Shown piece after piece: positions 49,301 through 61,830 of a stretch of DNA of 64,000 nt (position 1 is its first letter; each line of letters begins with the position of its first letter). The position numbers and the translations under genes were made by a program. Below the pieces are notes generated by a model. The model saw only the letters and a list, made by a program, of their open reading frames with translations. It did not search any database and was not told the DNA's origin. This stretch comes from Raja brachyura (taxonomy: Eukaryota). The stretch spans positions 17,236,001 through 17,300,000 of the forward strand of contig OY740810.1 of assembly GCA_963514005.1 (NCBI GenBank), read 5' to 3'.

Positions 49301-49955
49301 GTATAAAATTTAAAAATTCTGGATTGAGATTTTTAGAATAACTTCTGAAGTTATTAATACTAAACTGGATCCAGACTCAAAACTATAATACTTGGAATAT
49401 CAGAACAAAGTTTAACACTTACAACAAGCCAAAGAAATTTCCTAGATTACAGTATAATAATCGGGTTGAAATTAATATTAAAATTTTGGAAAGGCCATAT
49501 AACCCCCACAATTAAAATGTGGATTATGGAAATGTCGGAGACCCTACACCTGGAAAGAATCAGATTTGCCTTAATGGACAAACAAGAACTCTTTGTTAGA
49601 ATATGGTCTTCTTTCATCGATTACTTAAAAGGGTAGATTGGTTCGGCAGGGGAACCTAACTGAAACTTGATCTCAGGATCAGATGAAAAGTTATACTCTA
49701 TATTCCTTGATCTTATCTCCAATGATGTATTAATGGTAAATTATTCCATTCCTTATGATTTTTTGGGGGATTTTTGTTCTCTTTTTCTTCTCTCTCTCTT
49801 TTTTTATTACTCTTAATCTATTAAAAAAAAACTATTAGAGGCAGAATGATTCAATTGATAATATTAATAATGTATGATTGATGTACACGAAATACTTCTA
49901 CCATAATATGTGTTTGCCAATTTATTGCTTACCTCTAATAAAAATATATTTTTAA
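46386..49955 (+). mobile_element. 5'-truncated L1 LINE, ORF2 pseudogene (endonuclease end, RT, C-terminal cysteine-rich motif)
   Basis: HKTYSRIDYFL, ISDHAPL, YRAIALLNTDQKIL, QTGFIPKR, GCRQGCPLSPLLF, SLYAND (YADD mutated), CDKC..H...C. AATAAA plus A tail; TSD AAAAAAGGAATCTT at 46372 and 49956 at a TT/AAAA site. Confidence 0.95.
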
Positions 49956-51413
49956 AAAAAAGGAATCTTCCACCATCTCATGTTACCAAATCAATTTAGG
50001 ATCCAATTTGCCAACTTGCTGGATCCCATGAGCTCTAATCTTTGGGCCATCCTTCCACGTGGGATCTTGTTGAAATCTATGTAGCCCACATCAACCGCAC
50101 TGTCATTATCAATATATTTAATTACCTCTTCAAAGAAAAATCAATTATATTTGTCAGATGAGATTTCTCATCAACAAATCAGTGCTCACTATCCCTGCTT
50201 TTTGAATAATCATTTGTAGCAATGTGAGCGAATACAGTAAGGGAATACTGCGGAAAAAAAACATAAGAATTACATGATTTAGGATATAGTGGTGGAAGGG
50301 GAATTGCAGGTTAAAATGCCATGACCTATTTGGAAGAAAACAGCAATATATACGGGATGTAATACAAGAGGAACTCTCATTGCACAAATGGGTTTACTGC
50401 TGTTAAAGTATGGATCAAAAATCTTGAATTATTTGAGGAATAAGGATAGCTCCAACAAAAGGTGTCCCGTTTGCTAACTACAGAATAATTTGTAATGGAT
50501 TTTTGAAAAAATGTGTCATAATGACAAACTGCAGAAAATAGAAATCTGGAAATATTTAGTAGGTTAGGTAGCATCTATGAAAATAGGAATGGAATTAATA
50601 TCTAAGGTCCATGACCTCTCATCATTAATGTTGATGAAGAGTAATTTGTGGATGCTAACTTATTGGGCCAAGGTTTGAACAACAATACAAGTGAATCATA
50701 CAGGAAAAGTCAAGTGAAGATTATATTCCCTGTATTACTCTCTTGCCATTGTAGAGGTGTACTTCACCAGCTTCGACTTTTACCCCTTCTATGTATTCAT
50801 TCATTGTTCACAATGTGGGCTTTGCCGATTGAGGCCCATTCGCAATTAGCCTCAAACCACTGCACTCCTTCTCATGAAAGTGCTTTCACAGTGCTATTGG
50901 CAAGAAAGCTCCACGTTTTTGTCCTCCCCAAAATGAACGTTATTCAGAATAAAAAACATCTATAAAACAAAAACCCACCAAAATCTCTTCACACATTGTC
51001 AGTGTCTATTCAATAGTGTCATACACTATAGTGTTTGCACCTATCATTAAACAAAACACCCTTGCCATTCATGCAGCAGCTCCAGGATTTGGACTTAGTG
51101 CAGGTCAGGATGGTGTGTATTTGGGAGAATTTGCAGGTGGTGGTCTTTCCACTTACTGTTTTTGTCCTCCTTGGTGGAAGAGGTTGAGAGTTTTGCATGT
51201 GCATGTTGGAATAGCATAGCTGAGTAAATGCATGCATTTTTCCACATAGTACACACCACAGCCACTGTGTGCTGGTGGTGGATGCCTCTTGAAGGTCCAA
51301 AAATACCCCATCAACCGGTTTGCCCTTATCTGTTTTATATATTATAACCTCAAAAACACAATTTCCCTTTAATAAATCCATGTCCAATACCATTGTTACT
51401 TCCTAAGTTTCAT

Positions 51414-51818
51414 AGAAACATAGAAAAATAGGTGCAGGAGTAGGCCATTCGGCCCTTCGAGCCTGCACCGCCATTCAATGTGATCATGGCTGATCATCCA
51501 ACTCAGTAGCCCGTACCTGCCTTCTCTCCATACCCCCTGATCCCTTTAGCCACAAGTGCCACATCTAACACCCTCTTAAATATAGCCAATGAACTGGCCT
51601 CAACTACCTTCTGTGGCAGAGAATTCCAGAGACTCACCACTCTCTGTGTAAAGAATGTTTTCCTCATCTCAGTCCTAAAGGAATTCCCCCTTATCCTTAG
51701 ACTGTGACCCCTTGTTCTGGACTCCCCCAACATCGGGAACAATCTTCCAGCATCTAGCTTGTCCAACCCCTTAAGAATTTTGTAAGTTTGTCCAACCCCT
51801 TAAGAATTTTGTAAGTTT
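51414..51818 (-). mobile_element. Young CR1 LINE 3' fragment
   Basis: Nearly identical to 16333-16710; about 29-bp tandem duplication at its 5' truncation point. Confidence 0.9.
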
Positions 51819-52154
51819 CCTGTCAGCCCTTCCTGTGGAATGAATTCTATTTTCCCCCTACCAACTAGTCTATATTGCTTCAATTTTTCTCTCCATTCTA
51901 AAAGAGAAGGGTTACAATTGCTACTTTCCACTCTAGGAAACACTCCAGAATCTATGAAACTTTAGAGAATGAAAATATAAACAACTCTGTCAAAATGCTA
52001 GAATTCAGTATTTGTGGGTTTATTACTTTGTCGCATTTATTTCTTAAAAGTTTGTTTTATCTATGACTTCCTCCAGCAAGTACCATTTATTCCACACCTG
52101 CAGTCCTCAACCATTCTCAGGTTTTCTGCACCTTCCATGAAGACAAATGCAACA

Positions 52155-53027
52155 TCTATATAATTAAAAGTGTCATGTTGACCATTTCCTGTCTGCGTTG
52201 TATATTGATTTTAGAAAAAACGCTACAATATATCGCTATGATTTTGGCCATTTTACTCAGTCCTCCTCCGCTGAGCAGGACCCGAGGATTTTTCCCATCG
52301 ATGAAAACTAAGAAAGTAATGAGTGTTTAAAAAATCTTGAGGTCAGCTGATTGGTCCTCTCGCCTGTCAATCGCTGCAATGAAGGTAAAGCCCCTTCCTG
52401 GGGGGGGGTGGGGCAGGACTATAAAACCCCGGCTGCCTGGACATGAGTCACGACTGTCATTCTAAGCTGTGAATCAACTGAACTGTGAGTCTGCAATGTA
52501 CTTGCAATAAATTATTTGTTAACCCTTAATGACAATGCAATGAGTTGTTTGGCAATTTGGTGGCCTGCACCCTGCCTGGAGTGCTGTGCAATTGAATGTG
52601 GTGGCCTGCACCCTGCCTGGAGTCCCGTGCAATTGAATGTGGTGGCCTGCACTCTGCCTGGAGCGCTGTGCAATTGAATGTGGTGGCCGTGAGTGAGTTG
52701 CCAACCCACCAGCCCTGAGTGACTGAGCTGCCAGCCCACCAGCCCTGAGTGACTGAACTGCCAGCCCACCAGCCCTGAGTGACTGAACTGCCAGCCCACC
52801 AGGCCTGAGTGACTGAGCCACCAGGCCAAGAATCAATTTGGTCCACAATGTCCATACTAGCCCTCTGGAAACCAGTCCCTTTGGCCCACCACATCCATAC
52901 TAGCGCTCCAGGAAGCCTCCCCCCTCCCACTGGCCACCAATATTGGAATTGTTGGAGGTGGAATATTGCGTTGGGGGACCAGCCTTCCCGTGTGAACATG
53001 GGACCCAACGGGTCCCAATTAGTCTAG
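52155..53027 (+). mobile_element. Non-autonomous Helitron (873 bp) with internal tandem repeats
   Basis: A|TC 5' end; GGGACCC-AAC-GGGTCCC hairpin (53000-53016), then CTAG|T; no TSD. About 3 x 42-bp and about 4 x 30-bp tandem units at 52560-52826. Confidence 0.88.
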
Positions 53028-54962
53028 TATTTATTCATTTCTCTTGCCATTATCTTAGTCCCAAATATAATTTATTCTGTCTTATTAAGAGAGGTTGAGC
53101 TCTTCGCGGCTGTTGCCTTGCAGTGCTTTTTCCGTTGATGTAATGTTAATGTTACAGTTTATTTTCCTTTGCTCTACCTGATGTACTCATGTACACCATG
53201 ATCGATTTGATAGAAAGCACGGTAGTTTTTGACTGTATCTTGATAGACATAGCAATAATAAACTAATACCAAGATAGTATCAGATCGAAAACTTAGGATT
53301 GGACACGGCAGACTAAAAAGGTATTGTCACAAGTAAAGGATTGGCTACGGCAGACTAAAAGTAGTGTCACCAAAGTGTATTGAAAAGACAATGTGTCTTG
53401 AAGAGACAGTGTTTTGAAAAGACTGTTGTGAATTAGCTACCAGGGAGAGTAGCCAGGATTGGACATTATAGACAGCAAAGGTTTGTTACTAATATAAAGG
53501 ATTGGGCGTAACAGGCTGAAAACATTTGTTACGATTTGTGTACTAAGTGGTGTACTAAGTTGTGTACTTAGTAAGTAGTTGATGATTGGATAGACATGGG
53601 AAATAATTTGGATAAGAGTGATAGAAAGACAGCTGTACAACACATGGTTATTTGCTTCATAAGAACAATAAGGATGACAGAATATTGAATTATAAATTGG
53701 CCAAACGTTTGGGTGATGAGTCTTGGCCTGTGGGAGGGGGTGAGGGAGGGGGAGGGGTAGGGGGAGGGAGGGAGAGAGGAAAGAAGTGGGTGGAGACGCT
53801 AGATTGGAGTTGGATAGATTACGCCAGTAAAAGAGGGATTGTATTGTGGAATAAAGACGGAACTATTAAAGGGTGGAAAGTACTTCAGATGGAATGCCAG
53901 TGGGCAGAGGAATAGGAGATAAGGGCTAAGGCAGAGAAAGAAAGCGCTGAGAAGAAGAGTTCGGAGAACAGCAATTAGTAGTTACCGGTACTGGTAAGTT
54001 CTCCGGAGATCCTATGTCTGGCATCACGACCCTGTATATTAGTGAAGATGAGGAAGAATTCACAGGGAGCAGACCTCCTCCCTATGCCCTACCAGTACAT
54101 GAAAATATTCCGGTATCATCAGTGCCCACACAGTCAACCGCACCCCCCTTACCCTGATCTCGGATAGAGGGGGCTGAAGGGGAAGCACGGGGTGAAGACG
54201 GGGGAGAATATCAGCCTTCCATAGCTGAGGGTGTAAAAAATCACCCGCGTATGATATCAGGATCAAAAGGAAGTTACCCACTCCGAACGGTAGTTAATCC
54301 ACAAGCTGAAAATGATCAGGATTAAACAATGGAAATTTATTCGGTATGAAGACCCCAAGAAATGTGCATGATTCGTGATAAAGCTCCAAACAAAGAGGAA
54401 AATCCTCAGGACTTTGTAGATTATATTTGCTCCACTGTATAATACTATAAAGCGACAGACAGAGACATCTGGTCAATGACCATGTCCTTGCTATCACAGG
54501 CACAAAGATTAAAATGGAAAAATCTGATGAAACCCCAAACGTTGGAGTCACTGAAGGCAGTCTACCCACAGGATTCCCAAGCCTGTAGTGAATTTATGAT
54601 GACACACTTAAAGGAATGTCTCAAGAAACGCATTTACATGTCAGTGATAGATGATTATAAGCCGCATTCCAAAGAAATGGCACGATTATCTGGATAGATT
54701 CACTGCCACTTATCAGGCTCATGCTGCCGATGTTAATTTTAATACAGGACAGCTGTCCCAGCAGTTTAATGTGATACTTATGAGTTGTCTGCCAGTAAAA
54801 GTACAATCCATGATAAAGACCAACCTGAACTGGGCAGATAACAATATCACCCAGATGAGATGGGCTATTATGACCTTTTGGGCAGATAATACAGGTAGCT
54901 CGCACTCGGGATACTCAGCACCCTGTATAAAAACTGAATATTATCTGGGAGAGTCGGAGAAC

Positions 54963-56685
54963 GAATCAAGATTCAAGATTCAAAAGAGTTTATTGTCATG
55001 TGTCCCAGATAGGACAATGAAATTCTTGCTTGCTTCAGCACAACAGAATATAGTAGGCATGAATACAGAACATGTTGTTGAAGAAGGAATTGCAGATGCT
55101 GGAAAATCGAAGGTAGACAAAAGTGCTGGAGAAACTCAGCGGGTGCAGCAGCATCTATGGAGCGAAGGAAATAGGCAACGTTTCAGGCCGAAACGTTGCC
55201 TATTTCCTTCGCTCCATAGATGCTGCTGCACCCGCTGAGTTTCTCCAGCACTTTTGTCTACCTATGAATACAGAACAGATCAGTGTGTCAACATACCATT
55301 ATATAAATATATACACACATGAATAAATAAGGAGATAAAGTGCAAATAAACAGATAATGGTCTATTAATGTTCAGAGTTTTGTTTCGTTTGATGGCTGTG
55401 GTGAAGTAGCTATTCCTGAACCTGGACGTTGCAGTCCTCAGGCTCATGTACCTTCTACCTGAAGGTAGCAGGGAGATGAGTATGTGGCCAGGATGGTGTG
55501 GGTCCTTGATGATGCTGCCAGCCTTTTTGAGGCAGCGACTGTGAAAGAACACCTCGATGGTAGGGAGGTCAGAGCCGATGATAGACTGGGCAGCGTTTAC
55601 TACTTTTTGTCGTCTTTTCCGCTCCTGGGCGCTCAAGTTGCCGAACCAAGCAATGATGCAACCGATCAGCATGCTCTCTACTGTGCACCTGTAGAAGTTA
55701 GAGAGAGTCCTCCTTGACATACCGACTTTCCGTAATCATCTCAGGATATAGAGGCGCTGATGTGCTTTCTTTACAATTGCATCAGTGTTCACGGACCAGG
55801 AGAGATCTTCAGAAATATGCAGGCCCAGGAATTTGAAGCTCTTGACCCTCTCCACCTTCGACCTGTTGATATAAACGGGACTGTAGGTCCCCATCCTACC
55901 CCTTCCAAAGTCCACAACCAAAATGGTGCTGGTCAGTCATCTATACTCTGACTCGTCCCCATCAGTGATTCGTCCCACAACAGTGGTGTCGTCAGTGAAC
56001 TTGATGATGGAGTTTGCACTTTGACCAGCTACGCAGTCATGAGTATAGAGTGAGTACAGCAGGGGGCTGAGCACACAGCCTTGAGGTGCTCCCGTGCTGA
56101 TTGTTATCGAGGCTGACACATTTCCACCAATATGAACAGTCTGTGGTCTGTGGATGAGGAAGTCGAGGATCCAATTGCAGAGCGATGGGCAGAGACCCAG
56201 ATCTGAGAGTTTGGTAACCAGCTTGGAGAGGATGATTGTATTAAATGCCGAGCTGTAATCAATGAATAACAGCCTGACATATGAGTTTTTGTTGTCCAAG
56301 TGGTCCAGAGCGCAGTGAGATCGCATCCATCGTTGATCTGTTGTGGCGGTAGGCAAACTGCAGTGGGTCCAGGTTTTTGTCGAGGTAGGAGTTGATTTGC
56401 ACCACGTTCAACCTCTCAAAGCACTTCATCACCACCGACGTTAGTGCCACTGGTCGATAGTCGTTGAGGCACGTCACCTTGCTCTTTTTGGGCACCGGTA
56501 TAACTGATGCCCTTTTAAAGCAGGTGGGAACCTCAGACCTCAGAAGTGAGAGGTTGAAAATGTCCATAAAAACTCCAGCCAGTTGGTCCGCACAGGTTTT
56601 TAGAACACGACCAGGTATACCATCAGGTCCAGGCGGTTTTCGGGGGTTCACCCCTCTGAAGGATTTTCTGACGTCGGCCTCTGTG
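54963..56685 (-). mobile_element. Rex1/Babar-like LINE (RT plus C-terminus) inserted in ERV gag
   Basis: [71 protein letters not shown]; (TTGAATC)n-type tail. Contains a palindromic element at about 55079-55262. Confidence 0.9.
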
Positions 56686-57369
56686 CCTCATGCAACATTA
56701 TGGTTATGCGCCCAGGTAATAGAAGATGGGGACGAGGCAGAGCATATGAAATGATACTTCAGTGGAGAAATGAATACCAGGGAAACAGAGAAAGGGATAA
56801 TCCACAAAGATTCACAGCGAGACGAGGAAGTGAAGGAGCCTGTTTTCAATGTGGGGGAATTGGGCCTTGGGTGAAGTACTGTCCCTCCAGAGAATGAGAG
56901 GGAAGGGGAACACATGAGGAATACAAACGTACGCTGCACACTACCAACATCCCTTTTACCAATGACCCACCAGCACCCCTGCGAAGCACCTCTTTCCGCT
57001 GATTGCCAACCCTGGTGAAGAACCCATAGTAAATATGATGCTTGGGGATGCCAGAGTTCCATTTTTGATTGATAATCCTCAACTTCCTCAACCCTAGATC
57101 AGGACCTTGTGGAGTATCTGGCAGTTCCCCTTTCCGATAATGTAACTCGCCTCTCTGGGTTGGACGGGAAAACGAGATGCTACCCCCTTACTCAACCTCT
57201 CACTGTTACTTAGAGCCAGGAACAGTGCACCCTCGCCTCCTCTGTTACCCCACACCTTGGATACAATCTAGTGGGAAGAGACTTGTTGATGGGATTGAAA
57301 GCAGGAATTATCTGCTCTGATAGCAGGATACACCTACAGGCTAGACAAATGTTGTATTCCCATTTCCAC

Positions 57370-57670
57370 ACTTCTCAGTGGTGGCCAATTGATCTCCCAC
57401 CATCCCCCACGCTAGGAGACATCCCAAATCCACATGTTACCCTCTTCTACAATCCCACTGGATGCAATGCTGAGATGAGTGATTTTGTTGGGCCGCTGCA
57501 AGGTAAAGCTACAACTGTACGACTGATAGGAAATGTATCAGGAGAGCCAGGAACAGCGATAATAGTACCGGTGGAGGAGGGACTGTGGAAACAGAACACC
57601 CCCCTAGTGGCCCCCACACATCACTACCTCAGTAAAACCAGGACATTCAGCAAAGGAATATATTGCGGAC
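57370..57670 (+). other. 2H-phosphoesterase-like domain in ERV pol
   Basis: PHVTL (His at 57433) and, after a 1-nt frameshift in a C5 run, PHITTSVKPGHSAKE (His at 57617). Confidence 0.7.
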
Positions 57671-59242
57671 CAGGCTAGAAATAATGTGTTGGGTACTCAG
57701 CTTTCCACCCAAGGTACTTTGGAATACCGGGAGGAATGCCAGACTATCAAAGGAACAATCCGAAGACATCAACCACAACCCAACAGCGAGGACAAGGAGC
57801 AGATATGGTTGGCGTCGCCGCACGAGGTAGGACTGACCAAAGATACTAGAGGAGCTAATTGTAATCCAGTAAGGGTTACACTTAAGCCGGATGTCTACCT
57901 CCCTGTGATGCACCAGTACCCTTTAAAACCAGAGGCTGTTGCTGGGATATGACAGCTGGTTCAGTCCTTACTGCACCAGGGCATAATTGTACGCTGTCAC
58001 TCATCTTGCAACACTCCCATCTTCCCAGTGCCAAAACCGGAACGTACCGAATGACGACTAGTTCAGGATTTACGCGCCATTAATGAAATTGTTGCACCAA
58101 TGCATGCTATAGTACCCAACCCAGCCACCATATTAAGCCAGGTTCCAGCATCAGCAGCCGTATTCACAGTGATTGACCTACAACACGCCTTCTTCGCAGT
58201 ACCATTTCACCCCGACTGCCAACACCTTTTTTGGCTTTACATATGAAGGACATCAACACACATGGACATGGTTACCCCAGGGTTTGTACATTCACCTACA
58301 ATCTTTCCCCCAGGTCTTGGCAGACCAGTTAAAGACTCTTGCACTACCAGTAGTGATGAGGCTAGCAATGCCGAAGACACAACCACTCTATTAAAAGCCT
58401 TACACAAATGGATAATGTGATACCTAAGCGAAAAGTCACTGAGGGGCAGAAAAAAGTAAAATTTCTTGGGGTGATGATTAGTACCACGGAAAGAGTCCTC
58501 ATCCGTGCCAGAGTGGACCCAATTGTCCACAATCCAAAACCAGTGACCTCTAAACAAATGAGAGCATTCCTGGGGTTGGGAAATTTCTGCCAACAATGGA
58601 TCCCAGATGTGGCTCTTTACACCAAGCATTGATCACCATTAGCCTCTGCTAATGCAGCACGACAGTTCACACTTACTGAGGAGCAGACAAACCCTTCGCA
58701 GCTTTGAAACAAGCACTGCCTTCGGCACCCGCTGTGGGACGCCCACTGTATGACCAACCCATCCAGCTACATGTCACCATAATCCAAGACTGAGCATCTG
58801 TGGTTTTATCACAGCACCACGGTGATGTTAAGCGACGTGGCTTATTTCTCTGTTAGGTTAGATGCTGTAGCTCGCAGATATCCACCGTGCATCCAGATCT
58901 TGCCTGGCACACATGCTACTGTCTCTGCGGCCGCCAACATTACAATGCATCAACCAGTAACTGTGTTTACAACTCACTGTGTTGCCGCGCTGATGAATGC
59001 GGGCCAAATTAAATACCTCACCCAGACACAATCGGGTCGTTATGAATTGACTCTCTTAAATAATCCCTAATTGACTTTTCAACACTGCACTACAATTAGT
59101 CCATCAGCATTTTTAACACAGCCACCAGAGCTCTGCAAAGACCCTCTGCATGATTGTGAGCAAGCCAATGACATTCTGTCCAATATTAGAGAAGGACTTT
59201 CTGATGTGCCATTAGAAGACGTCCAGTCTACATGGTTTGTGG

Positions 59243-60107
59243 GTACCCGACGTGGCGCCGACGGAAGAGAAGCCGAAGCAAAGAAGTGGACGCCAAATAA
59301 CCGTATGGAAACAAAGCCGAAACGCCAACTAACCGTAAGGGTGGGCCCCCTAAAAGCTAACTAACCGAAAGGCTGCATCACCTAAAAGCAAACTCACCAA
59401 ATGGCCGCTCTGCCGAAACGTCGTATACCCCAACAGACCGAATGCCGCTCAACAGAAAAGTCAAATAACGGAGAGAGAGAAGGGGGGAGAGAGAGAGAAG
59501 GGGGAGAGAAATAGAAGGGGGGAGAGAGAGAAGGGAGAGAGAGAAGGGGGAGACGGGAGCGTGGGGGTCATTTTCCCACAAAAGCCATAGGTGACTGGGC
59601 AATCTGAACCCAAGCACCAAGTTGTAAGCGGCCCAAAGTGCGCATCCCTTGGGACAGCCCCCACTCTCCCACGGCCACCCTCTGCAGGCTGTGGGTCGGG
59701 TGGAACGGAGGGGTGGGACAATGTTCATCCCTCCTCAGTGATGTGATGGACGCGGGGGTCTGGACCAATCGCTGACAATTCCCACCCCCCAGCAACGTCA
59801 TGTCGGTTATTTGACTTTTCTGTTGAGCAGCATTCGGTCTGTTGGCTTGTAGGCGACGCCGCCTTTCGGGTAGGTGGCGTTTCGGCAGAACGCCCATTCT
59901 GTGAGTTTGCTTTTAGGCGACGCAGTCTTTCGGTTAGTTGGCTTGTATGCGTCCCGCCCTTTCGGTTTGTGTGCAGTTAGGCGTCCCACCCTTTTGGTAA
60001 GTTGACATTTCGGCTTTGTTTCCATTCGGTTATTTGGCGTTTCGGCTTAGTTTCCATTCGGTTATTTTGCTTCAGCTTCTCGTCCGTCGGCGCCACATCC
60101 GCACAGG
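59243..60107. mobile_element. Foldback/MULE-like non-autonomous element splitting the ERV RNase H WFVDG motif
   Basis: 8-9 bp TSD GGTTTGTG(G) at 59234 and 60108. Long imperfect inverted arms (about 59250-59469 vs 59806-60097) built of CCGAA-containing subrepeats. Confidence 0.8.
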
Positions 60108-61189
60108 GGTTTGTGGATGGCTCTTCCATGGTTGTACCTGATACAGGTATACGAGCCTAAGGCTATTCCATTGTAAATGAATCACAGATGTTCCTAGAAG
60201 AAGGATGATTCCAAAACCCTCTGTCAGCACAGCTGACAGAATTATTTGCAATGACTAGAGCATGTATATTAGCTAAGGACGAATGCACTAATATCTATAC
60301 GGATTCTAGGTATGCTTTCAGAGTAGCAGGCACCCCGATTAAGAATGCCCTTTTTGTAAGCACCCTTTTAAAGGCACTTATGCTAACGAAGCAATTGGCT
60401 ATTATAAAATGCAATGCCCATACAGGAGGATACTTGAAGGGAATTGGCAAATTATACTTAAAGGGTTGACAGTGGAGATGCAATGGCAGAGATTTAAAGA
60501 CAACATGGATGAACTCTAGAAATTGTTCATTCCTTTCTGGCGGAAAAAATTAAACTGGAAAGGCAGCTCAACCAAGACCGACCAGAGCTTCGAGCTGCAG
60601 CTTTAGCACTGAGGTACCATCGCGGAGCGGGGCGATGCCTTACCTGGGTCACCGTGTTGGAGCTCCGGAGTGCTGGACCTGCCGACTGCAACATCGTGGA
60701 GCTGTGGTCTGCGGAGCTTCCAGCCGCGACGGCGCTGACTTGATCAATGCGAAGCCTGGGATCTCTCGCAGGGGTCGCCAGTGTTGGAGCTCCATCCAGC
60801 GCGGCCTGTGGACTTCGGAGCCGCGGTCTCCGGGAGGAAGAGCCCGTTTCGGAACTCCAAGCTGCTGAGAGTGTTCTTCTGTTCCGACGCCGGAGTTCCA
60901 TGATCCCGGCAAGAGGACCTGAACATCGGGCCGCCGTAGCGGCGACTGCAGAGGCCCCAATAGGCCCTGACCAGGGGTGAACATCGAGGAAGTGGACTGA
61001 ACTTTGCTGCCTTCCCTCACAGTGGGAAAGGTTGATGTTCCCTCACAGTGGGAGATGCTGTGGGGGGATGTTTTTTATGTTTAATGTTAAATTCTATAAT
61101 GTTGTGTTTATTTTATTTGTGTGCTGCAGTGGCAACTCAAATTTCACTGAACCAATTGGTGTATGTGACAATAAATGTCCTTTGTCCTT

Positions 61190-61830
61190 TGAAAGCAGAT
61201 AATTCCCCAGGGCTTGATGGTCTGCATCCCACTGTACTCAAGGAGTTAGCCCTAGAAATTGTGGATGCATTGGTGATCATTTTCCAATGTTCTTTCGACT
61301 GGATCAGTTCCTGGGGACTGGAGGGTAGCCAATGTAACTCCACTTTTTAAGAAAGGAGGGAGAGAAAAAACAGGGAATTATTCACCAGTTAGCCTTACAT
61401 CGGTATTGGGGAAGATGCTGGAGTCAATTATTAAAGATGTTATAGCAGCGCATTTGGAAAGCAGTGACGGGATCAGTCAAAGTCTTCATGGACTTATGAA
61501 GGGGAAATCATGCTTGACTAATCTTTTGGAATTTTTTGAGGAGAATGGATAAGGGAGACCCAGTGGATGTGGTGTACCTGGACTTTCAAAAAGCCTGACA
61601 AGGTCCCACAAAAGAGATTACTGTTCAAAATTAGAGCACATGGTATGGGGATAGGGTATTGACATGGATAGAGAACTGGTTGGCAGACAGGAAGCAAAGA
61701 GTAAGAATTAACAAGTCCTTTTCAGAATGGCAAGTAGTGACTAGTGGGGTGCCACAAGGCTCAGTGCTGGGACTCCAGTTGTTTACAATATATTTTAACG
61801 ATTTAGACGAGGGAATTAAATGTAACATCT
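61190..61830 (+). mobile_element. CR1 LINE RT fragment
   Basis: SPGLDGLHPTVLKELA, WIENWLADRKQRV, VTSGVPQGSVLG; breaks just before the FADD motif. Confidence 0.9.

Larger units (their letters stand above)
53275..60515 (+). mobile_element. Decayed endogenous retrovirus (class I, epsilon-like): leader, gag, pro, 2H-like domain, RT, RNase H; integrase, env and LTRs not seen
   Basis: MGN start at 53596; WPVGG; PPPY at 54074; YPLR at about 54277; CFQCGGIGPWVKYC knuckle at 56841; EPIV...VPFLID and LVGRDLL protease; QYPL, NTPIFPVPKP, RLVQDLRAIN, IDLQHAFF, WTWLPQG RT; WFVDGSS, NIYTDSRYAF, IIKCNAHT RNase H. Many stops and indels. Confidence 0.92.

Noticed and set aside
53030-53595. ERV 5' LTR and primer-binding site
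   Set aside because: No TG..CA LTR pair or tRNA-complementary PBS could be identified; only a leader with short tandem duplications.
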